The position numbers and the translations under genes were made by a program. Of a stretch of 64,000 nt of DNA, positions 1-8,738 are shown in pieces (the stretch's first letter is position 1; the number at the start of each line of letters is the position of its first letter). Origin of the DNA: a bacterium (GTDB taxonomy: Bacteria; Patescibacteriota; Minisyncoccia; Phycocordibacterales; UBA6899); contig JAYUQG010000005.1 in NCBI GenBank assembly GCA_043756865.1, positions 40,614 through 104,613 on the forward strand. Direction: 5' to 3'. The notes below the pieces were generated by a model. The model had not been told where the DNA came from, searched no databases, and worked only from the letters and a program-made list of their open reading frames with translations.

Positions 1-306
1 GGAGCAACAGGCGGTGATGTCGCAGAGGCATATGTGATCGCAAATGAGGTCGGGCACCACGCACAACACTTGCTGGCAAAGTCAGAGGGAACCTCCGGAA
101 CACAAGCAACGACGAACCAAGACTCTATTTCCCAAGAACTACAAGCGGATTGCTATTCCGGACTTTGGGCACATTCCATAAGGGACAAGAATGTTTTTCT
201 TCCCGGAGAAATTAAGGAGGCAATGGATGCAGCGGCAGCCGCGGGGGATGATCGTATTCAAAAGAGAACAAGTGGATATGTGAACAAGGAGACATGGACG
301 CACTGA
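1..306 (+). CDS. C-terminal fragment of a putative neutral zinc metallopeptidase (YpfJ-like); the 5' end lies outside the window
   Basis: Open frame runs from the window edge; a QADCYSGLWAHS-like motif resembles the YpfJ/Zn_peptidase family; family call from memory only. Confidence 0.45.
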   Translation, partial: GATGGDVAEAYVIANEVGHHAQHLLAKSEGTSGTQATTNQDSISQELQADCYSGLWAHSIRDKNVFLPGEIKEAMDAAAAAGDDRIQKRTSGYVNKETWTH

Positions 307-434
307 TCCGGAGATGAAAGGAGGCGTTGGTTTGATATAGGTTTTACTTCTGGAACACTCGATTCATGCGATAACCCTCGCTCTCGATAGTTGGGTTTTT
401 GATACCGAAAATACTTAATTGAACATTTATTGAA

Positions 435-890
435 ATGTGTTACTGTATGCAGTACATGAGGAAAATTTCTGCCACATTCGTCTTGTTGGGCTATATTCTG
501 CTAGTGCCATTTTGTTTTTTTGGCAATGCGATGATAACCCACGCAGACTCAGATAATATGAGCAGTAACGCCGTCCATCATATTGATGACTGTGGGATGC
601 CGTTTGGCTGTGGACATGCGAATGAGGCGGGGTTGGTCGATGTGGCCGTGCACCACATCAGCATGTATCTGTCGCTTACCCAAACACCGCTCGCAGCTTT
701 TTCACTTTTTGTGACAATCTTAGTACTGCAACTCCTCGCCATACTCGGAGTATCTGGAAATTTACTTCGTACACTTTTTTTGCAGACTTCTTCACTTCTC
801 GTACGCAGAATGGAAGAGCCACACATAAGCACAAAACAAAAGATACTTGCATGGCTCTCGCTTTTTGAAGCAAGCCCAAATTTTGCATAA
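435..890 (+). CDS. small two-TM membrane protein with a His/Cys-rich loop (HHIDDCGMPFGCGH); start uncertain (ATG at 435, 447 or 456)
   Basis: Two hydrophobic helices; intrinsic terminator downstream at 1120-1145; antisense ORF 578..1051 looks non-protein-like. Confidence 0.35.
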   Translation: MCYCMQYMRKISATFVLLGYILLVPFCFFGNAMITHADSDNMSSNAVHHIDDCGMPFGCGHANEAGLVDVAVHHISMYLSLTQTPLAAFSLFVTILVLQLLAILGVSGNLLRTLFLQTSSLLVRRMEEPHISTKQKILAWLSLFEASPNFA

Positions 891-1119
891 CGCGACGCTC
901 TTAGGGCTCGTCCGTAAATAACTTCCACAGATGAGGTGGAATGCGCCCCGAATACGGACACTGCGACCGAACAAAATGTTAAAGCATACTGTAAGTATGG
1001 TGCGAAATTTTGTGACCGAGTAGTGACTGTAGTCGGGGATGCAGTGCGCATCAGATGGGGGAGTTATTTATGGAAGAGCACTTACAACACTTTTTTTAAA
1101 GTGTTGTCTTGCGTCGCAG

Positions 1120-1145
1120 AAAGACCCCACAGGGTCTTTTTCGTT
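1120..1145 (+). terminator. intrinsic terminator (aaagacccc-cac-ggggtcttttt)
   Basis: GC hairpin followed by a T-run. Confidence 0.55.
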
Positions 1146-1245
1146 ATTCCCCAAATGAGTGAGCGAGATAAAAATGTCTTCTTTTTTATCTCCGAGCGAA
1201 TGACGGGAAAAAAAGGTTTTACGATTATTTGCTATCAAGACATTT

Positions 1246-2961
1246 ATGCATGAAAAAATTCTGCAATACATCAAAACACCAATTGGCATGAGTGTGCTCG
1301 GTTTTGCCATCCTCACCATTTCGTGGGTTGTGTATGCGAACACTAAAACTGACGCACTGCCTGAACAAACGGTCTTCACAAGCAGTGACCGTGTCGAAAT
1401 TGCCACAGTTGACACAAGCGCTACGTCAAGCGGAGCGGTGGGAGGCTCTTGGCCTGGTGAGATTCTTTCACTCGGTAGCTACCCCCTTCAACCCGAAAGA
1501 GAGGGAATAATCGCAGAGTGGCGAATACATATTGGTGAGCGTGTTCGTGCGGGACAAGTACTCGGCACACTCTCTCGCCCCCCTGCAACTCCAGAGCTCA
1601 TAAGCATGCTCGCGGGTGAAGCTGAAGGACTCGCAAAGGCGCGAAGTAATGCCGAGGCGGAAGAAACGTATGTGACGGAGCGCATTGAACAACTACTCGC
1701 ACAGCGCGTGTCAATTGAGCGCTCTTCCGCAAAAACAGGCAACTTGCTCAACTCCGCTCTGCAAACAAACTCTGGCGTCATTGCAGTAAAAAGAAAAAAT
1801 CTGCGAGTCATACTCGATAACGCTATTGCGATAACTTATCCCTACCTCTCAGGTAATGGAGTAGTGCCGACAACCTATCAGTCCATTGTGCTCCGATCTT
1901 CCATTGGGGCTCAAAATTCACGATTGCGTGAGGAATTTCCCGGGATACTCCACAATGTGCTTTCAGACCTCCGTAGCGACGAAATAATTCCTGAAAAATC
2001 GGGACTCGCATATTTTGACCACACAATAAAACTCGCCAACGCGTCACTTTCAGATGGAAGCACGCTGACGCAGGGTGACCTAAGTGCACTCAAGGATTCA
2101 CTTACGAGCGGAAGAAGTAATTTTATCGAAGCGCTCGGCGAGCTACGAGAGGCGGAGCTCGTGAGTGTGAGTACCGCTCAGGAGTATTCGACAGACTTTA
2201 AGGAAATCGACGCACAAATCACCGAGCTACGAAAAACCCTTGCAATTGCGAAAGGGGAGGTTGTGGCAAAAGAAGCGGCCTACAAGACAGTGAACAATGC
2301 AGTGAACGGTGGCAATACGATCCTCGCTCCCCGTTCTGGTATTGTTTCAACAATACTGAAAAAGCAAGGAGAGTTTGTTTCCCCCGGTACGCCCTTAGCA
2401 GTAATTACCAGTGAAACAAAAAACGAGAAAAGCATACGTTTTGCGATTCCCGTAACTGCGCAAAAACCACTTATCAATTCGTCGCTTCGTATTGTTCGTT
2501 CCGGTTTTCCTACTGATATAAAAATAGCCAGACTAATCGGAATCGGTTCGGCGGTCGATGAAATGGGGACATATATGTCTGATGCTCTCTTTACGGAGGC
2601 GAATGATTGGCCTGTTGGTGGCTCAGTGCGCGTGCTTCAGGGTGAACGCAATGGAAATGTAGCCATTCCGCTCACTTCGGTCATGTGGGACGAACGGGGC
2701 GTACCTTATGTCTGGGGAGTTTCAAGTGCCGATCGCCTGTATGCGAAAAAATTAAAGTTGGGACGCACCCTCGGAACCTCTGTCGAGGTATACGAGGGAC
2801 TTAGTGGGGGAGATCGGTATGTTGTTTCACCAACCCCACTTATGCGTGAAGACATACTCCTGAGCGAACTTGCACCGAAAAGAGATACATCAGCATTGAA
2901 TCCTGCAGTAAGTGGGGACGGAATGCACATGGAGGGAATGGATATGGATAGTCACGAATAA
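1246..2961 (+). CDS. cusB: RND efflux membrane fusion (periplasmic adaptor) protein, CusB-like; C-terminus Met/His-rich (GMHMEGMDMDSHE)
   Basis: N-terminal TM, biotin-lipoyl-like and beta-barrel MFP architecture; a 12-nt gap to the RND pump gene. Confidence 0.75.
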   Translation: MHEKILQYIKTPIGMSVLGFAILTISWVVYANTKTDALPEQTVFTSSDRVEIATVDTSATSSGAVGGSWPGEILSLGSYPLQPEREGIIAEWRIHIGERVRAGQVLGTLSRPPATPELISMLAGEAEGLAKARSNAEAEETYVTERIEQLLAQRVSIERSSAKTGNLLNSALQTNSGVIAVKRKNLRVILDNAIAITYPYLSGNGVVPTTYQSIVLRSSIGAQNSRLREEFPGILHNVLSDLRSDEIIPEKSGLAYFDHTIKLANASLSDGSTLTQGDLSALKDSLTSGRSNFIEALGELREAELVSVSTAQEYSTDFKEIDAQITELRKTLAIAKGEVVAKEAAYKTVNNAVNGGNTILAPRSGIVSTILKKQGEFVSPGTPLAVITSETKNEKSIRFAIPVTAQKPLINSSLRIVRSGFPTDIKIARLIGIGSAVDEMGTYMSDALFTEANDWPVGGSVRVLQGERNGNVAIPLTSVMWDERGVPYVWGVSSADRLYAKKLKLGRTLGTSVEVYEGLSGGDRYVVSPTPLMREDILLSELAPKRDTSALNPAVSGDGMHMEGMDMDSHE

Positions 2962-2972
2962 TATTACCAACT

Positions 2973-5900
2973 ATGTTCAACAATATAATCTCGTGGTCAC
3001 TTAGAAATAAGCTTGTCGTGCTACTCACAACATTCCTGATTGTTGTTTTTGGTACATGGAGTTTACTCACCATGAAGGTGGATATTCTTCCTGATATCAA
3101 CAAACCTACCGTTACTATCTTTGCAGAAGGCGAAGGAATGGCGAGCGAAGAAGTAGAGAGACTAATCCTCACCCCTATTGAAGCAGCAGTCGCGGGCGCT
3201 CCGGGGGTCGAACGTATTCGCGGAAGTGCAGCACTCGGTCGCGCGATTGTTAACCTAGAGTTTGCATGGGGTTCTGACAATTATCGGAACAGACAAATCG
3301 TGCAGGAAAGGTTGACCCAAGTGGTACTCCCGAGCAACGTCACACCCGTACTTGGCCCCCAATCTTCACTCCTTGGAGAAGTGGTCTGGGTCGGACTGAC
3401 TTCAAGTAGCGCTGCGGTTTCTGCAATGGAAATGCGTACAATAGCAGATTTCACGGTCCGTCCCGCACTTCTCAAAATCCCCGGTGTTTCCACAGTGCTT
3501 GTGATGGGTGGCGACGTGCGCGAGTGGCAGATTAATCTCAATGCGGAACGCATGCGTCAGAGTGGTGTCATGTTCGAAGATGTGCGGAAAAACATTGCTT
3601 CAGCCATCACGAATAAGGGCGGCGGTATTCTTGCTGAGAACGGAAAAGAATATCCCATTCGCATTCTTGTTGCACCCAAGGACATTGCCGAACTTCGCGA
3701 GATCGCAGTCGGAAGAGGTATGTCAACAGGTGCAGTCATCCGCTTGGCTGACCTCGCAGAAGTTATCGAAGGACCAAGCCCAGTACGTGGCTCTGCTGCG
3801 ATCAATGGAAAACCGGGGGTCATTCTGCGGGTCATTCGCCAGTCTGACGCAGAGACCTTGAAAATAACCAAAGGGATCGATGAGACATTGGACGCGCTTC
3901 GGCCGGCAATCCCCGAAGGTGTTCTGATTGAAGGAGATCTTTTTCGACAAGAACAATTCATCCATGCAGGACTAGGAAATGTCACCGAAGCGCTTCGCGA
4001 TGGAACAATTCTTGTTGTGCTCATTCTGCTTATTTTTCTCATGAACGTACGCACGACTGCGATCACACTCACGGCTATTCCGCTTTCGATACTCGTCACG
4101 GCGATCATATTTAAGCAATTTGGGCTCTCGGTGAATGTGATGACGCTCGGTGGAATTGCCGTTGCTGTAGGCGAACTTGTGGATGATGCAATCGTAGGGG
4201 TCGAGAACGTGTTTCAGCGACTGCGACTCTGGAAGAAAACAGGCGCAAAAGAAGATCGGGAAGCAGTGGTGCTTTCCGCTTCCAGTGAAGTGCGCAACTC
4301 GATAGTGTATGCAACCATTCTCGTTGCGGTGGTCTTTCTTCCTATTTTCTTTGTGCCCGGTCTTGAAGGGAGATTAATTGCATCGATTGGCGCGGCATAC
4401 CTCGTTTCTCTGCTTGCCTCTATGCTCGTTTCACTTACTGTAACCCCCGTTCTCTCAGCGCTCTTGCTTCATGGTAAAACACTGGAGGGACACGAAGAAG
4501 AAACGCGATTAGTACGTGCGATCAAAGAGTGGATGTCTCCGCGCATATATTGGTGCATTGCCCGCGTGCGGTTTGTCGGTACGCTTACACTCATTGCACT
4601 TTCGCTTACTGCTGGGATGTACTTGTTTGCAGGCAAGGAAGGTATCCCAACGTTCAACGAAGGCTCCGCCACGGTTATGGCATTTACTCCTGTCGGAACT
4701 GATCTGGCGACAACCAATGCATATGTAGCAAAAGTCGCCAAGGAAATTGAAAAAGTTCCTGGCGTGGCAAAAGTATCGAACATGACCGGTAGGGCGGATG
4801 CAGACCCTCATGATGGAGGTTCGAATGCGAGTGAGATGCAAATTCTTATAAAACCAGAATACATTCCCCATCGCGTGCAGGTCTTCAAGAACATTCAAAA
4901 AGTACTTTCACGTCATGACGGAGCGGATTTTGGCCTTGGGCAACCGATCACTCATCGTATGCAGGAATTACTCTCTGGAGTACGTGCACCGATCGCGATC
5001 AAGGTATTTGGGGACGACCTCGAAGACATGAAAAATGCCGCCGATCGAGTTATTCTTGAGCTAAAAAAACAGCCCGGTGTAAAAAATGCGCAAATCGGGA
5101 AAGATACGATGACTCCAGAATTCCATATCTATCTCGATCGCAATCGACTCGCTGAATCAGGAATTTCATCTGGCGAGGTCGCTCTGGAACTTGAAATGGG
5201 GCTCATGGGCGATACGCTTGGACAAATGCGTCTTGGCGGAGCATCTGTGGATGTCGTTGCGAGGTTCGATCTGGAGTCTAAAGGCACCATGGCGTCGCTT
5301 CGTGACATCGCTTTGTCATTTGAGAACGTGACATCGCTCGGTCTTGCGGGGGATGTCACGGTCGCAGGTGGGCGCAATCGTTACACTCACGAAGCGGGCA
5401 AGCGAGTATTGGTTGTGTCGGCAAATTATGAGGGCAAAGATGTTGTCGGTGCAGTCGAGAATGTAAAATCAGCACTTGATAATGAAAAGTTACAGAGTGG
5501 AGTGACACTGTCCTATGAGGGAACATACAAAAGCCAGAAAGAAAGCTCACGCCGCCTTTCGCTTGTCTTTGTTTTGGGAATAGCAATGATCTTCGGCATT
5601 CTGTATCATGCATTTAAATCCGTACCCATCGTGCTGCTCATCATGGCAAACATTCCAACCGTGCTCATCGGCGGAATGATCGGAATATGGCTCACTGGCG
5701 GAGTAGTCAATCTTGCGCATCTCGTCGGATTCATATCGCTTGCGGGAATCGTATCGCGAAATGGGATCATGCTTATCGGACGAGTGCTCACGCTTGTTCG
5801 CGAAGGAAATGCATTCACTCCGGAAACAATCGTGCGTGCCACACTTGATCGCGTTACTCCGGTACTTATGACTTCTCTTGTCACAGCACTCGCGCTCATA

Positions 5901-6077
5901 CCGTTGCTCTTGTCGGGTAATGATCCGGGGAAAGAACTGCTCCACCCGCTCGCCGTAGTGATATTCGGAGGACTATTTTCATCCACTGCGATCTCGCTGT
6001 TTCTCACGCCAGCGCTTTTTTATCGATTTGGAAAGAAAGCCACGCTTGTAGCTAATTCAGACACTTCTGGGTTCTAA
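2973..6077 (+). CDS. cusA: heavy-metal efflux RND permease, CusA/CzcA (HME) family
   Basis: 1034 aa with 12-TM RND topology; N-terminus LTMKVDILPDINKPTV resembles the CusA/CzcA start INTPVDALPDLSD. Confidence 0.85.
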   Translation: MFNNIISWSLRNKLVVLLTTFLIVVFGTWSLLTMKVDILPDINKPTVTIFAEGEGMASEEVERLILTPIEAAVAGAPGVERIRGSAALGRAIVNLEFAWGSDNYRNRQIVQERLTQVVLPSNVTPVLGPQSSLLGEVVWVGLTSSSAAVSAMEMRTIADFTVRPALLKIPGVSTVLVMGGDVREWQINLNAERMRQSGVMFEDVRKNIASAITNKGGGILAENGKEYPIRILVAPKDIAELREIAVGRGMSTGAVIRLADLAEVIEGPSPVRGSAAINGKPGVILRVIRQSDAETLKITKGIDETLDALRPAIPEGVLIEGDLFRQEQFIHAGLGNVTEALRDGTILVVLILLIFLMNVRTTAITLTAIPLSILVTAIIFKQFGLSVNVMTLGGIAVAVGELVDDAIVGVENVFQRLRLWKKTGAKEDREAVVLSASSEVRNSIVYATILVAVVFLPIFFVPGLEGRLIASIGAAYLVSLLASMLVSLTVTPVLSALLLHGKTLEGHEEETRLVRAIKEWMSPRIYWCIARVRFVGTLTLIALSLTAGMYLFAGKEGIPTFNEGSATVMAFTPVGTDLATTNAYVAKVAKEIEKVPGVAKVSNMTGRADADPHDGGSNASEMQILIKPEYIPHRVQVFKNIQKVLSRHDGADFGLGQPITHRMQELLSGVRAPIAIKVFGDDLEDMKNAADRVILELKKQPGVKNAQIGKDTMTPEFHIYLDRNRLAESGISSGEVALELEMGLMGDTLGQMRLGGASVDVVARFDLESKGTMASLRDIALSFENVTSLGLAGDVTVAGGRNRYTHEAGKRVLVVSANYEGKDVVGAVENVKSALDNEKLQSGVTLSYEGTYKSQKESSRRLSLVFVLGIAMIFGILYHAFKSVPIVLLIMANIPTVLIGGMIGIWLTGGVVNLAHLVGFISLAGIVSRNGIMLIGRVLTLVREGNAFTPETIVRATLDRVTPVLMTSLVTALALIPLLLSGNDPGKELLHPLAVVIFGGLFSSTAISLFLTPALFYRFGKKATLVANSDTSGF

Positions 6078-6099
6078 ATTAAATAATAATCTCATTAAC

Positions 6100-6450
6100 A
6101 TGAACAACACAACAGCAATTATTCTTTCAGCGATCGTCGGCGTGACACTTGGCGGTTTTGGTGGATTCGCTACAGGAAAGCAAGCGAGCGATATCGGAAT
6201 GACCGACAAAGAGGTGCATGGCCTTATTGAAATGATGTCGTCGGAAGGTAAAAGCATGATGGAGATGGGCAAAATGATGCAAGAGGGTGGGGCCATGCTC
6301 GAAGAACGCGGCACTACATATAGTGATCAGCAGATGATTGTAAAAGGAAAGGATTTGAAAGCAGTCGGAGTAAAGTCAGTTAAAGACGGTGAAGCAATGA
6401 TGGGACACGAGAAAGGAATGATGGATTCAATGGAGGGAATGGCGCACTAA
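6100..6450 (+). CDS. membrane-anchored Met-rich protein (MxxM and MMxxM repeats), candidate Cu(I)/Ag(I)-binding accessory protein
   Basis: N-terminal TM helix then a sequence with about 20% Met (MMSSEGKSMMEMGKMMQEGGAM...MMGHEKGMMDSMEGMAH); 23 nt downstream of cusA. Confidence 0.6.
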   Translation: MNNTTAIILSAIVGVTLGGFGGFATGKQASDIGMTDKEVHGLIEMMSSEGKSMMEMGKMMQEGGAMLEERGTTYSDQQMIVKGKDLKAVGVKSVKDGEAMMGHEKGMMDSMEGMAH

Positions 6451-6460
6451 TCATAAAAAT

Positions 6461-6634
6461 ATGAATGAATTTCTTAATGCATTGCTCATCACACTCGCAC
6501 TTGTCCTCGGTGGGTATTTACTCTTCGGAAGTCTTAGTGAACCTCAGTCAGGCACAGGAACTATGGATATGAGCATAGGGGGCATGAGTATACCCGCGGA
6601 AAGCATGGAGTCGATGTCGGGTATGAAACATTGA
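6461..6634 (+). CDS. 57-aa TM helix plus Met-rich tail (MDMSIGGMSIPAESMESMSGMKH)
   Basis: Found by reading the sequence (below the ORF-track size cut-off); start 11 nt after the previous stop; same Met-rich theme. Confidence 0.45.
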   Translation: MNEFLNALLITLALVLGGYLLFGSLSEPQSGTGTMDMSIGGMSIPAESMESMSGMKH

Positions 6635-6777
6635 GTTAGAGTTACTTTCACATGTGAGTAAATGAAGCATCTAATTTTTAACCGACCGAATGGACTAAAA
6701 ATGGATGTACAACCGTGTTGTACTCTTAGCAAAAAGGGAACTGAAGTTGCAGTTTGATTTCCTGTGGAGACATAACA

Positions 6778-6799
6778 AAGCCCACCGAGGTGGGCTTTC
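6778..6799. terminator. bidirectional hairpin (aaagcccacc-gag-gtgggcttt)
   Basis: Perfect 10-bp GC-rich stem. Confidence 0.4.
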
Positions 6800-6819
6800 T
6801 GCTGTTGATGGTTGTTGCG

Positions 6820-6972
6820 TTAGGCGATAAACGCCACGTAGCTGCCGAGTGCAAAACCCTGAAAATAGCTGAGCATGAAAGCCCTCTTCCAGTCCTTGCG
6901 ATGGAAGATGGTTTCCCACAGGAAGTTGCCAACCGACAAGGCGAGCCAAAACAAAATAACTTTCGTATACAT
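6820..6972 (-). CDS. putative 50-aa small hydrophobic protein (MYTKVILFWLALSVGNFLW...)
   Basis: GGAGA Shine-Dalgarno 9 nt upstream of the ATG; one TM helix; weak call. Confidence 0.3.
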   Translation of the reverse strand: MYTKVILFWLALSVGNFLWETIFHRKDWKRAFMLSYFQGFALGSYVAFIA

Positions 6973-7130
6973 TTTGCTTATCTCCAGCAAGTTAGGTGGA
7001 AGTGCCACAACTAATAGTATTATACGCTATTTAGTAATTTTGTCAACTAATACGTAATATTCGGCTTTAATCGGTCACAAAAAAATACGTTGCATAAAAA
7101 AATGCGCAAGGTGTTACAGCAAGGTATAAT

Positions 7131-7850
7131 TTGGTTATGTCGGGCAATCTCTTTTTTAATGAACAGGAGTGGCGAAGGGAATTCTCCGAACACCACGACT
7201 GGTATCGAGTCATTTATCCTCAATTCGAGGCGATTTTGGCAAAATATGAAGGTGATACCCTAGAGATGAGAAAAGCCTCAAGAAACGCAATTTACGGCTT
7301 TGTAGAGGGACTACTACGTGAAGGTGCGGTCATTCTTGCCCAAAAAAGAGAGGGAAAAGACTGGGATGCCGCGCGTAAGCCAATCGACATGGCAGTTATC
7401 CATCACACAAACGTGGAAAGTGGTATTAGTTGGGAGCGTATTAGTGTTATACAGCTTATGCGATTATATGCGAAATCATATCTTTCACCGTCGACCGAAA
7501 AGGAAATAGCGGGAACGCCTGTATACTCTAATCATTTTAGAGCGAATACCCCCGTGTTCTATGGGTATCATTGGCTCGTGCGACTCGACGGTTCATGCGA
7601 GCGCCTCCTCGCAGACGACGAGATAGGCTGGCAAGCAGGGAACTGGGACATAAACTGTAGAAGTGTAGGTATTTGCCTCGATGGGGATTTCAGGACGAAT
7701 ACTCCGCCGCAGGAAATGCTCGATGGCGTACGCACACTCCTCGAGAGAGAGTATCCGGCACTACATGGCGACCAAATAATCCCACACCGCAAGTCTAATC
7801 CCACAACGACATGCCCCGGTGCGTGGTACGACGGGGTTACGTGGAATTGA
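7131..7850 (+). CDS. N-acetylmuramoyl-L-alanine amidase (Amidase_2/PGRP fold)
   Basis: HHT...GYHW...CPG motif pattern typical of zinc amidase_2 domains. Confidence 0.55.
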   Translation: MVMSGNLFFNEQEWRREFSEHHDWYRVIYPQFEAILAKYEGDTLEMRKASRNAIYGFVEGLLREGAVILAQKREGKDWDAARKPIDMAVIHHTNVESGISWERISVIQLMRLYAKSYLSPSTEKEIAGTPVYSNHFRANTPVFYGYHWLVRLDGSCERLLADDEIGWQAGNWDINCRSVGICLDGDFRTNTPPQEMLDGVRTLLEREYPALHGDQIIPHRKSNPTTTCPGAWYDGVTWN

Positions 7851-7886
7851 TTAAGGGGGCCAGACAATAAGTGAAGCTGGAGTAGA

Positions 7887-8690
7887 TTATGCGGTGCTTG
7901 TGTTTTCGAGGATCTGCTCTATGCGTTCCACGAGCTGTGCTGGCGTGAAATTTGCTTTCACAAGAAAATCTACAGCGCCGAGGCTTTGCCCCAGCGCGAT
8001 GTCAGTCTCTTGTGCCAAGTTGGAAAATATCGCCACTGGAGTAGCGCTTACTTCCGGTCTGGATTTAAGAGTTTTTAGGACATCAAATCCATTCATGCCC
8101 GGCATTAACACATCTAAGAGTATAAGGTCGGGATGAATTTCGTTTGCGAGACGCAACCCTTCCTCACCGTTATTCGCAGTAAACACATGATATCCCGCAT
8201 GCCGAAAGCGGTCTGAGGCAATATCGGAAAGTGTGGCGTCGTCTTCAATGAGTAAGATGTTTGTTTGCTCAGGAGGCTTACGCTTCATTGATTTTTGATC
8301 TGTGCTGCTACTTTCGGGTCCCCCAATGAGCGCCTGCACTTTTTCGACGACCTCCTGAGGTGAAAAATGTGCTTTGACTATGTAGTCTTTTACGCCGAGT
8401 CCAAGGATTCGAGATATTTCGACTGGCTCACCAGAGTTCGAAATGACCATCACGGGAATGAGTTGGAGCTGTGGGTCAACACTAATTGCCTCGAGTACTT
8501 CATATCCGTTCATTATGGGCATCATGATGTCCAGCAGCAGTAAATCTGGAGTTACGTTGCGCATGGTGGTCAGGCCTGCAGCCCCATCTTTCTCGCATAC
8601 ACAATAATACCCCGCTTCTTCGATGCGTTCCTTGAGTACCTGTGAAAGTGCGGGGTCGTCATCGACGAGAAGAATGATTTTTTTGCTCAT
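7887..8690 (-). CDS. response regulator with two tandem receiver (REC) domains and no output domain
   Basis: Two copies of the D-D...D...K receiver pattern (LLVDDDP...LLLDIMMP and LLIEDDA...ILLDVLMP). Confidence 0.8.
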   Translation of the reverse strand: MSKKIILLVDDDPALSQVLKERIEEAGYYCVCEKDGAAGLTTMRNVTPDLLLLDIMMPIMNGYEVLEAISVDPQLQLIPVMVISNSGEPVEISRILGLGVKDYIVKAHFSPQEVVEKVQALIGGPESSSTDQKSMKRKPPEQTNILLIEDDATLSDIASDRFRHAGYHVFTANNGEEGLRLANEIHPDLILLDVLMPGMNGFDVLKTLKSRPEVSATPVAIFSNLAQETDIALGQSLGAVDFLVKANFTPAQLVERIEQILENTSTA

Positions 8691-8738
8691 TGAATTAAGT
8701 ATACAAAAGTATAAGGATAATGTATGCCCAGTTGTGCA

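Noticed and set aside
578-1051. Minus-strand ORF of 157 aa overlapping the 435-890 plus ORF
   Set aside because: Ser/Thr/Ala-rich with no hydrophobic core or RBS; the plus-strand frame has TM helices and a downstream terminator.
936-1253. 105-aa plus ORF between the upstream small membrane protein and cusB
   Set aside because: It spans the intrinsic terminator at 1120-1145 and the cusB promoter region; Cys/Lys-rich with no RBS.
3281-6007. Multiple antisense ORFs inside cusA (for example 3557..4108, 4509..4898, 5547..5945, 5606..6007)
   Set aside because: All lie opposite a well-supported 1034-aa RND pump gene; typical shadow ORFs.
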